Part shown: positions 37,178-47,288 of the stretch, piece after piece
Numbering within the stretch: position 1 is the stretch's first letter
Layout of the letters: each line of letters starts with the position of its first letter
NCBI GenBank assembly: GCA_041666145.1
Contig: JBAYHK010000003.1
Coordinates: 6,277-70,276 of the forward strand
From: Patescibacteria group bacterium
GTDB lineage: Bacteria > Patescibacteriota > Patescibacteriia > UBA9934
Direction: 5' to 3'
DNA: 64,000 nt
Translations under genes and position numbers: made by a program
Notes under the pieces: generated by a model
What the model was told of the DNA's origin: nothing
Database searches by the model: none
The model's input: only the letters and a program-made list of their open reading frames with translations

Positions 37178-37993
37178 ATGCAATCATTTGATATTTTTTC
37201 TGTAACGTTGCATGACATGGCAAAAGACGAGCTTTTTGCTCGTCTTTTCGGTCTTAGAGGTTTAGTGATTACTCCAAATCCGGAAATCCTCCTTGCTGCA
37301 CGTAACGACGATTCGTATCGAAATGTCTTAAGTCAGTCGATTCTTGCAATTCCAGATGGAATCGCGACTCAATTTGCAGTTGCGGCACTTTATGATCATA
37401 TCGGCTTGCAACGTTATCCAGGAGTTGATCTTATTCCAATGATCGCATCGATTGCGGAAGAAAAGCATGAAGCACTAATTTTTCTTGGTGGATATGCAAA
37501 AGATCATGCTGTGCTTATTGAAAAGTTTAGAATCACAAATCCCACACTTCGTGTTTCTTGCATCGATCCCGGAATGATTGGAGATGATGCAAGAATTGAT
37601 GAGAAAATTATCAATAACATACGTTTAATGGGGTCGTGCATCGTAGCTATTGCTCTTGGTCAAGGGAAGGGGAGGCTCCAGGGGAAACAAGAAAGAATTG
37701 GGTTGGAAATTTTACGAACCGCTCAAAATGTTCGTCTTGCTATTGGTGTTGGAGGAGCTGTGGATGTTATCACTGAGAGAGTATCTCGTGGTCCAGGAAC
37801 TCTTCGACAACTCGGATTTGAATGGGCATGGCGTGTATTTCGGGATCCTTGGCGGTTTAAACGAGTATTTCGCGCAGTAATTATCTTTCCAATCTTTATC
37901 GTGCAAGATACACTGCGACAGAAACGTTTTTTTCAGGCATGTTCTTCCGTGGCCATTGATCTTTATAGCCATTTCTTTAGAAAAACAGTATGA
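37178..37993 (+). CDS. WecB/TagA/CpsF-family glycosyltransferase (GT26)
   Basis: ITPNPE, IPDG, RYPGVDL, KQE, IGVGG, LGFEWAWR. Confidence 0.9.
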   Translation: MQSFDIFSVTLHDMAKDELFARLFGLRGLVITPNPEILLAARNDDSYRNVLSQSILAIPDGIATQFAVAALYDHIGLQRYPGVDLIPMIASIAEEKHEALIFLGGYAKDHAVLIEKFRITNPTLRVSCIDPGMIGDDARIDEKIINNIRLMGSCIVAIALGQGKGRLQGKQERIGLEILRTAQNVRLAIGVGGAVDVITERVSRGPGTLRQLGFEWAWRVFRDPWRFKRVFRAVIIFPIFIVQDTLRQKRFFQACSSVAIDLYSHFFRKTV

Positions 37994-39462
37994 ACGTTCG
38001 AACTCGTTTAGCTCCCTCACCGACAGGGAAAATGCATATTGGGACATTCCGAACCGCATTATTTGATTACTTTTTAGCACGACAAAATAATGGGCAATTT
38101 TTATTGCGAATTGAGGATACAGATCGAGAGCGACTAGTTCCTGGTGCTTTAGAAAATTTATTAGAAATGTTTAAAGCCTTTCATATTGATTATGACGAAG
38201 GGCCAGTTTTGCAGTCTAATGGATCGATAGTAGAAACGGGAGATTTTGGACCATATGTGCAGTCGGCACGGCTTGATATCTATAAGAGATATGCGGAAGA
38301 GCTTATCCAGAAAGGATGTGCTTATCCGTGTTTTTGTACAGTCGAACGATTGGATGAAATGCGTAAATCACAGTCTGCTATAAAACAAACAACAAAATAC
38401 GATCGAAAATGCTTGGCGCTTACGGCGGCGGAAGCTGAGGCAAAGATGAGGGAATATGAATCAAACGGCCAGACGTACGTTATTCGTTTGAAGGTTCCAG
38501 AGGGAAGAACAGAATTCATTGATGCAATCCGCGGCGAAATCATTTTTGATAATAATGAAGTCGATGACTGTATTTTGATGAAGTCTGACGGCTATCCTTC
38601 GTATTACTTGGCATGTACAGTCGACGATCATCTCATGAAGATTTCTCATGTTTTGCGAGGCGAGGAATGGATTTCTTCAACACCAAAGTCATTGATTTTG
38701 TTTGCAATGTTTGGTTGGGATGCTCCGATATTCGCACACGTTCCACTTCTTCTTGGACCAGATAAGAAAAAGCTTTCCAAGCGTACGGGAGACACCGCGG
38801 TTGAAGAATATTTTAAACATGGATATCTTCCAGAGGCATTAATTAATTTCATCGGAACACTGGGATTTAATCCATCGGCAGATCGGGAAATCTTTTCACT
38901 AGATGAGCTCGTAACCTTGTTTGATCTTAATAAGGTTAACAGCGCAGGAGCTGTATTGAATATGGAAAAGCTCGATTGGATGAATCGACATTATTTAATG
39001 CAGCTAACAGAAGACGAGCTCGCAAATCGAGCAGAAGGATTTGTTCATGCAGATCTTGGTGAAATTCGAGTACGAAGAGCGCTATTTGTTGAGCGATCGC
39101 GTGTTTCTCGTTTGACCGAATTTGATAATGCGATTGCTGCATATTTAACGTTGCCAGAATATGATCATGCAATTTTGATTTGGAAAAAGGCTGACGCCAT
39201 GGATGGAATGGCACAACTTTCTCGTATTCAATTGGTATTGGAAAATATTTCTCATGAGACTTTTGACAATGTCAGTCTCCTCGAGACAGCAATAAAAGAG
39301 TATATTGCAAGTAACAGTTTGCAGAACGGAAATGTACTTTGGCCATTGCGTGTTTCACTATCCGGCCTAGAAAAATCCGCAACTCCGTTTGAGCTTTTGT
39401 GGGCATTGGGAAAAGAAGAATCGTTACGCAGAATTAGTCTAGCAATCAATTATCTGAAATAA
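37990..39462 (+). CDS. gltX: Glutamate--tRNA ligase
   Basis: RTRLAPSPTG, HIGT, LRIEDTD, VLRGEEW, KLSKR. Confidence 0.97.
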   Translation: MNVRTRLAPSPTGKMHIGTFRTALFDYFLARQNNGQFLLRIEDTDRERLVPGALENLLEMFKAFHIDYDEGPVLQSNGSIVETGDFGPYVQSARLDIYKRYAEELIQKGCAYPCFCTVERLDEMRKSQSAIKQTTKYDRKCLALTAAEAEAKMREYESNGQTYVIRLKVPEGRTEFIDAIRGEIIFDNNEVDDCILMKSDGYPSYYLACTVDDHLMKISHVLRGEEWISSTPKSLILFAMFGWDAPIFAHVPLLLGPDKKKLSKRTGDTAVEEYFKHGYLPEALINFIGTLGFNPSADREIFSLDELVTLFDLNKVNSAGAVLNMEKLDWMNRHYLMQLTEDELANRAEGFVHADLGEIRVRRALFVERSRVSRLTEFDNAIAAYLTLPEYDHAILIWKKADAMDGMAQLSRIQLVLENISHETFDNVSLLETAIKEYIASNSLQNGNVLWPLRVSLSGLEKSATPFELLWALGKEESLRRISLAINYLK

Positions 39463-39472
39463 TCATCAACCT

Positions 39473-40687
39473 ATGGAGGGAAGGGGAGTGCGAAGGTTTT
39501 CCGCGATAATTCTAGGCGTAGTTGTATTTTTAGGATTGCATTCTTCTGTTTTCGCCTCGAACGAAGTTGAACAACTTCAGCAGACAATTACAGAAAAAAA
39601 GGCGGCAATTGGCGTGCTTGATGCGCAGCTGGAACAATATCGAATAAAAATTCGGGAGCTTTCTGGAAAAAGCATTTCTTTGCAAAATGATGTTGCATTA
39701 CTTGAAAATGAGATTGCGATGTCTGAACTTGACATCGCAGCAACTCAAAATTCGCTCGATCAAGAAACTCTTGAGCTTCGCATAATTGATGGACAGATTC
39801 GTGACATTGAACGTGAGTTAGCGGATCGACGTGCGATGCTGTCAGATATTTTGTTTGCAGTGAATAAATCAGATTCTCAAGGAATTTTAGATGTTGTTCT
39901 GAACATCGGTTCCATTAATGACGTATTTGATGCAGCGCAACAATTGACGAGCGTAAACAGCACCATGAAGACAGCACTAGAGGCCACGAAGCTTACAAGA
40001 CAAGACCTTGCAGATCGACAGATAAATCATGAAGAAAAGAAAATAAGTCTTTTGGAGTCGCAGACTGATCTTGAAAAGAAGTCTCAGACATTGTCAATGC
40101 AAAAAAACGCAAAAGAGATCTTAATGCAAGCAACTTCAGATTCAGAAAATCAGTATCGAACGCTCATGAGCGAGATTCGATCTGAGCAACAGGCTATCGC
40201 GAACGAAGTTGTTTCTTTGCAAGACAGTATTCAGAGCAAACTTCAGGGTATTGATGGTGGTATTGAAGGACTAGAAACAACGATTTCATGGCCCATCCAT
40301 GGAACGATAACGGCATTATTTCACGACCCTACGTATCCCTTCCGTCACTTATTTGAACATTCAGGTCTTGATATTGCTGTTCCACAAGGAACCGCCATAG
40401 AATCTGCCGCGCCAGGATTTGTCGCTAGAGTTTATAAAGGACAAGATTACGGATATTACGTTTTAATAATCCATGCGAATGGACTGGCGACTTTGTATGC
40501 GCATATGTCACGGATTGACGTTGAGCTAGACCAATACGTAGGGCGTGGCCAAGTCATTGGATTATCTGGCGGAAAACCAGGTACTGTTGGAGCTGGATTT
40601 TCAACCGGGCCTCATACGCACTTCGAAGTCCGGCTAAATGGCATTCCGGTAAATCCGCTTGCTTATCTTGATATCAATCAGCTTTAG
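39473..40687 (+). CDS. Coiled-coil M23 peptidase (EnvC/murein hydrolase activator-like)
   Basis: Signal peptide, long coiled coil, HSGLD (HxxxD), YAHMS, STGPHTHFEVR (HxH). Confidence 0.92.
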   Translation: MEGRGVRRFSAIILGVVVFLGLHSSVFASNEVEQLQQTITEKKAAIGVLDAQLEQYRIKIRELSGKSISLQNDVALLENEIAMSELDIAATQNSLDQETLELRIIDGQIRDIERELADRRAMLSDILFAVNKSDSQGILDVVLNIGSINDVFDAAQQLTSVNSTMKTALEATKLTRQDLADRQINHEEKKISLLESQTDLEKKSQTLSMQKNAKEILMQATSDSENQYRTLMSEIRSEQQAIANEVVSLQDSIQSKLQGIDGGIEGLETTISWPIHGTITALFHDPTYPFRHLFEHSGLDIAVPQGTAIESAAPGFVARVYKGQDYGYYVLIIHANGLATLYAHMSRIDVELDQYVGRGQVIGLSGGKPGTVGAGFSTGPHTHFEVRLNGIPVNPLAYLDINQL

Positions 40688-40717
40688 TTAGATACTCAAA
40701 TCCTTGTATTGCATCAG

Positions 40718-40753
40718 ATTAAAATAGAGCCACTGAGGTAGCTCTATTTTAAT
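40718..40753 (+). terminator. Terminator hairpin after the M23 gene
   Basis: attaaaatagagc-cactgaggta-gctctattttaat. Confidence 0.7.
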
Positions 40754-40988
40754 ACAGCGCGTTTAAATGCGTCACACGAAACGTATCTTGAATAAATAAG
40801 AGCAAAGCGCATTCGACTCTATTTGATGAAAGAATTTGCTATCGAATTTTATTCTTAATTGGAGAGGTTGCTTAAATTAGAAATAAAGACAATCGAGAAT
40901 AGAGGCATGCAGAGTAAAAGATTTGGATGGTTTTTGCGGCTTCATAAAACTTCGTTCAAGATGTTTTATCTATAGGTATACATCACTA

Positions 40989-41016
40989 GCTTCGTAAATG
41001 ATATATTGTACGACAC
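40989..41016. other. Candidate dif (Xer recombination) site at the replication terminus
   Basis: GCTTCGTAAAT-GATATA-TTGTACGACAC (11-6-11, partly symmetric) in a 557-bp AT-rich gap where gene orientation and GC skew flip. Confidence 0.5.
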
Positions 41017-41244
41017 ATTGCATCGAACTCGGAAAACAGGAAAAGAAGAGAGAAATTAATTTCTTTTATTCCCCTCTCCTCTTTATAGTCCGAAATACTT
41101 CTGAGCTAAAAACTTCGTTTCATTTTTTACTCATCATGTATTTGAAAAATTACCGAGAACCTTCCGTTCTCTAGTCCAAATCTCTAGTATCCATAATCAC
41201 CTGCTTTATAAAAGAACACGCCCCATCCCCTATCGAATCGAACA

Positions 41245-42126
41245 TTATTTTTTATATACGTAAGCTCCAAATCTAAGATCTATGTATTCTTTTGGTGATA
41301 CAAAATTATTCGCAGTAATAACCGCTCGTAACGCCCTCAACTGTTCGTCTACGTCTTCCGAGAGACTGAAATAAAGGTCGTATGGCAATGTAGTATCTAC
41401 GCGAACATAGGGAGACTGTGTTCCATTAATCTCGTACGCAACCGCATGTATTCCGTTTGTTGGAAGCTTCATTGAAATGGTAAGAATTGTTTTTGCGGAA
41501 TTTTCCGGAAGCTCTGTAATGGATTCGTTTTCAGTATTTATAACAATTGGCATGTCTCCCTGTAATATCAGCAGCGTCTCTTCTGGATTCTGTGCCGCGA
41601 CACCAATGCGAACATCGATCGCGCGTGATTCTTCCAGGGTCGCGTCTCTCACGAAGAAACCCCGAGTATCAAGCATGGCAGTTTTTTCTTTTGTCCTTAA
41701 TGCTATGGTAGTGATTTTTTCTTGAATATCGACTGAAAACGATTGACCAGATCTAACAACTTTGGCAGATTCGACAGCAAATAACTGAACAATAAGGCTC
41801 TCTATATTCGAAGTGCTTGTAGAATAGATATTTGCACTACTGCACATCGGAAACGCCGCATCTGCAAGAGCCTGCCGCACCGTCTTATCGACAGATTCTA
41901 CGTTAATGGTTGATACACCCTGGACAGTCACTGACTCAATCTGAAACCAAGGAATATACGTCGCCCCAATACAAATCGCCATTGCAGAAAAAAATAAAAG
42001 AACCACACTAATGATAATCATCCAGCGCGGCTTACATACCTTAAGAAAAAGTGGATTTTTTAACGTTCCATCGTCATGATCTTTCGCATGCCTAAGACGA
42101 AGAAAGTCCCGTTGTTTCTTTAACAT
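41245..42126 (-). CDS. Cell division protein FtsQ/DivIB-like (POTRA domain)
   Basis: Single TM, FQIESVTVQG POTRA start, C-terminal EYIDLRFG. Confidence 0.75.
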   Translation of the reverse strand: MLKKQRDFLRLRHAKDHDDGTLKNPLFLKVCKPRWMIIISVVLLFFSAMAICIGATYIPWFQIESVTVQGVSTINVESVDKTVRQALADAAFPMCSSANIYSTSTSNIESLIVQLFAVESAKVVRSGQSFSVDIQEKITTIALRTKEKTAMLDTRGFFVRDATLEESRAIDVRIGVAAQNPEETLLILQGDMPIVINTENESITELPENSAKTILTISMKLPTNGIHAVAYEINGTQSPYVRVDTTLPYDLYFSLSEDVDEQLRALRAVITANNFVSPKEYIDLRFGAYVYKK

Positions 42127-43262
42127 ATCACTCTAGGAAGCAATGAGCTGATTCGTGTTACAACTTCGTAATGTATTGTACCAATCGTTGCAGCCATGTC
42201 GTCAGCTGTTGTTGCATGCATTCCGTCCCTTCCAATTAAAAGCACTTCGTCATTCACGGCAACGGCGGGGACTGTAGACACATCAACCATGCATATATTC
42301 ATGCAAACATTTCCAAGAATTGGGCATCGTCTACCGTGTATCAGCACCTCTCCCCTATTCGAAAGTGATCGGTCTAGACCGTCGGCATATCCAACCGGAA
42401 GAATCGCAAGACGAATTGGTCGATTCGTAATATGTGTTCCTCCATAGCCAATTGCACTACCGGAAGGAACGTCTTTAATTTGTGCTATTCGTGTTTTCCA
42501 CTGAAGCACAGGAATGAGCTCAATATTCTGTCTTCCAAGTACAACGTGACGCTTGTGACTTTTGCTTGCCCATAACCCATACATAACAATCCCATATCTC
42601 GCCATCGTCCCTTGCGCCAGTGAGTTTGTCATTGTTGCAGCAGAACATGCTATATGTTTGTACTTTGGATCAAAGCCCGCTGCTTTGATTGTTTCTATTG
42701 CACGAGTGAAGTTTTGAAGCTGATACGCATTCATTGCATCTTCTGGCTCTTCTGAACTTGCAAAATGCGATGCAACACTTACAAGAGCGATTCGGCCTCC
42801 AGCCATCATGACCGCATCAAGCAAATTAAGAAGGCCACGCGGACCAATACCTTGTCTGTAGAGACCTGTTTCGACTTTTATCGACACCATGACTGGATTC
42901 TCCAAAGTCCCATATTTACTCAATTCGATAATGGAGACTTCGTCGTAAACTGTTTGAATTGCATGAATTCGCGCTACGTCAACCAGTCGTTCCATTACGG
43001 TGTAACCAAGTATAAAAATCGCCGCACACGGCGCCTGATCGCGAAGAACAATAGCTTCATCAATCGAGTCAACTGCAAAATGAGTTACTCCACAATCAAG
43101 AAGAATAGAGGTCATCTCTTTCTGACCATGGCCATAGGCGTTTGCCTTTACTGTCGCACAAAATTCAACACCAGGGTTAAGAAATAACCGAAGTGCGGCG
43201 ATGTTCTGTTCCACCGCCGCACGGGAAATTTCTACCCAAGTTTTTGAACCTTTGAGCGTCAT
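42120..43262 (-). CDS. alr: Alanine racemase
   Basis: VKANAYGHG (PLP Lys), KVETG, SHFA, IGYG, GYADG, GNVCMN, GTIHYE. Confidence 0.97.
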   Translation of the reverse strand: MTLKGSKTWVEISRAAVEQNIAALRLFLNPGVEFCATVKANAYGHGQKEMTSILLDCGVTHFAVDSIDEAIVLRDQAPCAAIFILGYTVMERLVDVARIHAIQTVYDEVSIIELSKYGTLENPVMVSIKVETGLYRQGIGPRGLLNLLDAVMMAGGRIALVSVASHFASSEEPEDAMNAYQLQNFTRAIETIKAAGFDPKYKHIACSAATMTNSLAQGTMARYGIVMYGLWASKSHKRHVVLGRQNIELIPVLQWKTRIAQIKDVPSGSAIGYGGTHITNRPIRLAILPVGYADGLDRSLSNRGEVLIHGRRCPILGNVCMNICMVDVSTVPAVAVNDEVLLIGRDGMHATTADDMAATIGTIHYEVVTRISSLLPRVIC

Positions 43263-43263
43263 G

Positions 43264-44544
43264 TTACCTGGCAATAATTCGATCTTTTCCGTTCATGAAT
43301 GGACAAAGGACCTCTGGAATAGTCACGCTTCCGTCTTCGTTCTGATAATTCTCAAGCACTGCAACAAGTGTACGGCCAGCAAAAGCGGTTGCATCATTCG
43401 TGTGAACGAGTTCATTCTTCCCACTTTCACGCTTCACTTTAGTATCCAGACGACGCGCTTGATAATCCGTCATATAGTCTGCAGAGTGCGTTTCACGATA
43501 CTTATCTTGGCCCGGCATCCATGTCTCAATATCAATGTGCCGCGCGTCTGGATCTCCTTGATCACCCGTACAACAAAACACCACCTGATATGCAAGACCG
43601 AGCTGTGCGGTAATGTATTCCTGAATTGCGACCAAAAAGTTCTGCTCCGCTAAACCGTCCTCGGCAACTGTAAATGATTCCATTTCCATTTTATCGAATT
43701 GGTGCAGACGAATGATCCCCTTCATATCCTTTCCATAACTTCCAGCCTCACGACGAAATGCAGAGGTAAAAGCGCAATAGCGCATCGGCAAGTCTGCTTC
43801 TTTTACGATCTCATTCATGTGCAATGGTCCTAATGTATGTTCAGCGCTTCCGATGAGATATAGATCATCTGAAACAATGTGATATCGCTCATCGCGTGGC
43901 TCAATTCTTGCCATTTTCTGAAATACATCAGGACGAATGAATAGCGGTGGTGCAACAGGAACAAAAGCCTTTGCCGACACAGTGAGATTCGCATGCGCAA
44001 TAATGCTAGAGAGCGTTGCCTCATTCGTAAGAATTGAGAGCGCAAATTGGTACATAGCGTTCTGCAGTAGCACAAGATCGCCCATGAGATACGCAAACCG
44101 TGTACCCGCAACATCGGTGCCGCGTCTTGTGTCAATAATGCCAAGCGCTTCACCAATTTCTGAATGTTCTTTTGGGGTAAATGAGAACGATGGCTTTATA
44201 CCAACCTGGCGTAAAACCACATTCTCATCTTCGCTTTTCCCTACCGGGGTATCACTAGTTGGAAGATTTGGAACTTTCAACAAGAGCGGATCGAGTTCTG
44301 CTCGGATCATTGCGAGCTCATTTTCCAAGATCGCGCCTTCGGCCTTGAGCTTTTTTCCAGCCTCAATATCTTTTGCTTTTGCCGCTTCATTCCGTTGACG
44401 ATTCATCTCGTCAAGCTCTGTCGTCAGCAAGCGTTCGCGCTGATCAAGTTCGAAAATCGCGTCTATATCAAGAACGACATTTTTTTGTTCGCATGCACGT
44501 TTCACGAGGTCACCATGTTCACGAAGAATTTTTATGTCAATCAT
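43264..44544 (-). CDS. serS: Serine--tRNA ligase
   Basis: MIDIK, coiled-coil arm, FRREAGSYGKD, RLHQFDKME, YRETHS. Confidence 0.97.
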   Translation of the reverse strand: MIDIKILREHGDLVKRACEQKNVVLDIDAIFELDQRERLLTTELDEMNRQRNEAAKAKDIEAGKKLKAEGAILENELAMIRAELDPLLLKVPNLPTSDTPVGKSEDENVVLRQVGIKPSFSFTPKEHSEIGEALGIIDTRRGTDVAGTRFAYLMGDLVLLQNAMYQFALSILTNEATLSSIIAHANLTVSAKAFVPVAPPLFIRPDVFQKMARIEPRDERYHIVSDDLYLIGSAEHTLGPLHMNEIVKEADLPMRYCAFTSAFRREAGSYGKDMKGIIRLHQFDKMEMESFTVAEDGLAEQNFLVAIQEYITAQLGLAYQVVFCCTGDQGDPDARHIDIETWMPGQDKYRETHSADYMTDYQARRLDTKVKRESGKNELVHTNDATAFAGRTLVAVLENYQNEDGSVTIPEVLCPFMNGKDRIIAR

Positions 44545-44948
44545 AGAGAGTTCAACAAGGAAGATTTATAACGTTCTGGATAGTAAGCATTAAGTGTGAT
44601 GATTTCGGGAGAATGTGTTTGATGATGAAAAAATTCTTCCAAATCTTTTTGAAGAACAGTTTGGTCGTATCCAACAAAGACAACTTCTGGATTGATTTGA
44701 GCAATAACTTTGTACGCGCCGATCTCTTCGTCTCCGGAAATAATCTCGTCGACAAGTCGAGATTCAGCAAGGGCCGAAGAACGATCCTTCCATGTGTATT
44801 TTGGGGCCTTTCCCTTTAGGGATAGAACCGCTTCATCACTCGGCAATGCAACAACGACTTGATCGACAATGTCTCGAGCCTGTTTGAACATTGCTCGATG
44901 TCCCTCATGCAGGCCATCAAACGTCCCAAATACTAATCCTGTTTTCAT
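44541..44948 (-). CDS. Cytidylyltransferase-family protein (archaeal FAD synthase RibL/TagD-like)
   Basis: FGTFDGLHEGH (HxGH), GYDQ, YKSS. Confidence 0.85.
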   Translation of the reverse strand: MKTGLVFGTFDGLHEGHRAMFKQARDIVDQVVVALPSDEAVLSLKGKAPKYTWKDRSSALAESRLVDEIISGDEEIGAYKVIAQINPEVVFVGYDQTVLQKDLEEFFHHQTHSPEIITLNAYYPERYKSSLLNSL

Positions 44949-44949
44949 A

Positions 44950-46452
44950 TTATCGCGACTCATCTGTTGCGCCGCCTTGTTCGACTTTTGGCTTTAATGT
45001 TGGAAACGCGATAACTTCTTTCAAGTTTGGCGCTCCAGTTATGAATGCAACCAAACGATCGATCCCTATTCCAACGCCACTCGTTGGTGGCATGCCGTGT
45101 TCAAGAGCAGAAAGAAACTCTTCATCAAGAAATTGCGCTTCCTGACTTCCCCGCTCTCGCAGCCCTTCCTGTTCCTCAAATCGTTCACGCTGTTCAAGCG
45201 GATTATTAAGCTCGTGGTAATACAAGTTCACAATTTCTGCACCAAGCATTACTAATTGAGCACAAGAGCTCTTTGATGGGTCTTGCGGATTTTGTCGAGC
45301 GAGCGGCTTAAGATCTGCTGGATAATCAAAGACCCATGTTGGGGCGACAATTGCCGAACGTCCTGTTTTCTTATAAAGCGCGTCGAGATAGTCGCCAAAA
45401 CTGAAACATCCCTTAAAGTCAATAACAAGATTCGCCAATTTTGTTGCACGAATAACATCGTCGGCAAACTTCAAAGTATCAATATCAATCCCGCATGATT
45501 CAAGAATTGTCTCCCGGAAAGTTTTTCGTGCAAATGGCTGAGCAAAGTCGACAACGATATTTTCGATGGTAATAGTTGTTGTTCCAAGACCTCCGCGAAT
45601 CGCCTCTCGTAACATTGACTCATTGAATGTGATGAATTCTTCCTTCTTTGCATATGCTTGATAAAGTTCAAGCATGGTGAATTCTGGATTATGGGCGTAG
45701 TCGATTCCTTCATTCCTGAAACAACGACCAATTTCATAAATCTTTTCCATTCCACCAACCACAAGACGCTTTAAATAAAGCTCAGGTGCAATGCGAAGAT
45801 AAAAGTCCGCATCAAGTGCATTGTGATGTGTAGAAAATGGGCGTGCGCTTGCACCACCGGGAATAGATTGAAGAATAGGCGTCTCTACTTCTAAAAATCC
45901 CGCTTCATCAAGAAAACGACGAAGAGCTCCAATGAGCTTTGAGCGAACAATGAGACGGTTCCGTGACTCGGCATTTGTAATGAGATCAAGCTCGCGCTGG
46001 CGATAGCGAATCTCAACATCTTGAAGACCATTCCACTTTTCAGGCAAAGGTTTCAATGCCTTAGCAAGAATGCGAATTGAATGAGCAAGAACGGATTTTT
46101 CTCCAGTCTTTGTGACATATGCCGTTCCAACTCCTTCGACAATGTCACCAACATCCAATGAGTTGATAACGGTTTCATAGATGTCTCCGAGATCCTCTTT
46201 CCGAACAACAGCTTGCATCGCACCAGAATCATCTACAATTCGAAAAAACGTTAAAGCGCCAATATTCCTCATTGCAAGAACTCGGCCCGCAATAATCTCT
46301 TCGTCTTGCTCGGACAAATGTTCATCGAATCCAGTTAGAAATTTCGCAATCATGACTGTTCTATTGCTTCCTGCTGGATACGCATCAGTACCCTGCGCGG
46401 ACAGATGTGCAAGTCGATCCCGTCGAACCTGTTCTTCTGCCGTTATATTCAT
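44950..46452 (-). CDS. lysS: Lysine--tRNA ligase (class II)
   Basis: OB fold, LPEKWNGL, GGASARPF, LRIAPELYLKRL, FRNEG, HNPEFT, GMPPTSGVGIGIDRL. Confidence 0.97.
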   Translation of the reverse strand: MNITAEEQVRRDRLAHLSAQGTDAYPAGSNRTVMIAKFLTGFDEHLSEQDEEIIAGRVLAMRNIGALTFFRIVDDSGAMQAVVRKEDLGDIYETVINSLDVGDIVEGVGTAYVTKTGEKSVLAHSIRILAKALKPLPEKWNGLQDVEIRYRQRELDLITNAESRNRLIVRSKLIGALRRFLDEAGFLEVETPILQSIPGGASARPFSTHHNALDADFYLRIAPELYLKRLVVGGMEKIYEIGRCFRNEGIDYAHNPEFTMLELYQAYAKKEEFITFNESMLREAIRGGLGTTTITIENIVVDFAQPFARKTFRETILESCGIDIDTLKFADDVIRATKLANLVIDFKGCFSFGDYLDALYKKTGRSAIVAPTWVFDYPADLKPLARQNPQDPSKSSCAQLVMLGAEIVNLYYHELNNPLEQRERFEEQEGLRERGSQEAQFLDEEFLSALEHGMPPTSGVGIGIDRLVAFITGAPNLKEVIAFPTLKPKVEQGGATDESR

Positions 46453-46461
46453 ACGTTGATA

Positions 46462-46923
46462 TTATTTCACTTCAATAATTCTATATGAGATCACTCCAGA
46501 AGGCACAGTAACGTCGACCGATTCCCCTTCTTTCGCACCCAGAAATGCATTTCCTAAAGGAGAATTGTTGCTTATCTTCCCTTCCATAGGGCTGGCCTCG
46601 TTCTCTCCAACTATCTCAAATGTCTTTTTTATATTATTTATTTCAGCAATAAATGTTGAACCAAGACCAATCTTTCCTCCGCGTCTCTCTTCAACAACAA
46701 CAGCATTAGCAATCATCTCTTGAAGATTCGCAATTCGTGTTTCATTTTGCGCCTGCTGTTCTTTGGCCTCATGGTACGCAAAATTCTCAGAAAGGTCTCC
46801 CATTTCTTTTGCATCATGAATTTTTTGTGCAATTTCTGAACGCTGAATTTTCACGCGATTTTCCAGCTCTTCCTTCATGTTCTGTAAGCCAATCGCGGAG
46901 GTATATGTTACAAAATTTTCCAT
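46462..46923 (-). CDS. greA: Transcription elongation factor GreA
   Basis: GDLSEN, IVGENEA, ISNNSPLG; ATG 46923 with TGtTATAGT 9 nt upstream. Confidence 0.95.
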   Translation of the reverse strand: MENFVTYTSAIGLQNMKEELENRVKIQRSEIAQKIHDAKEMGDLSENFAYHEAKEQQAQNETRIANLQEMIANAVVVEERRGGKIGLGSTFIAEINNIKKTFEIVGENEASPMEGKISNNSPLGNAFLGAKEGESVDVTVPSGVISYRIIEVK

Positions 46924-46947
46924 ATATTTCTCACTATAACATCTTCG

Positions 46948-46975
46948 AAAAAACAATCCCGCCGAAGCTCGGCGG
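46948..46975 (-). terminator. Terminator at the end of the long - strand run ending mre-mrdA-DUF3977
   Basis: ccgccga-agc-tcggcgg stem followed by a T run on the - strand. Confidence 0.55.
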
Positions 46976-47011
46976 TTTGTAAAATGAGTATCCCATGGCC
47001 GGAAATGGGGG

Positions 47012-47278
47012 TCAAGCCAAAGGTATATTGCCAGTTCCTCCTATTCCAAAGAGTATTTTTAATGCCTTTTTAGACTTATTCTTGGCCTTAAATCCATCTA
47101 AGGTCGATAAGACGAAAACTCGATGCCCAATCCAGAACCGTAAATAAATTTCCGTAATATGTTCTGGAAGAATAAAACGAGAGACACGAAATTCACCACC
47201 GATTCCTCCGACTTCCTCAAATTCAGTCGAGCATATTGACTCATTTCCAATTCCGATTTCTGCAAATACTTTTTTCAT
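47012..47278 (-). CDS. DUF3977-like small protein
   Basis: KVFAEIGIGN..ICSTEFE...EFRV...YLRFWIG..VFVLST pattern. Confidence 0.7.
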   Translation of the reverse strand: MKKVFAEIGIGNESICSTEFEEVGGIGGEFRVSRFILPEHITEIYLRFWIGHRVFVLSTLDGFKAKNKSKKALKILFGIGGTGNIPLA

Positions 47279-47288
47279 GTTCTTTTCT

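Noticed and set aside
40688-41244. Replication origin in the long AT-rich intergenic gap
   Set aside because: Genes converge on it and skew goes from G-rich to C-rich, which is terminus polarity; no DnaA-box cluster or dnaA was seen
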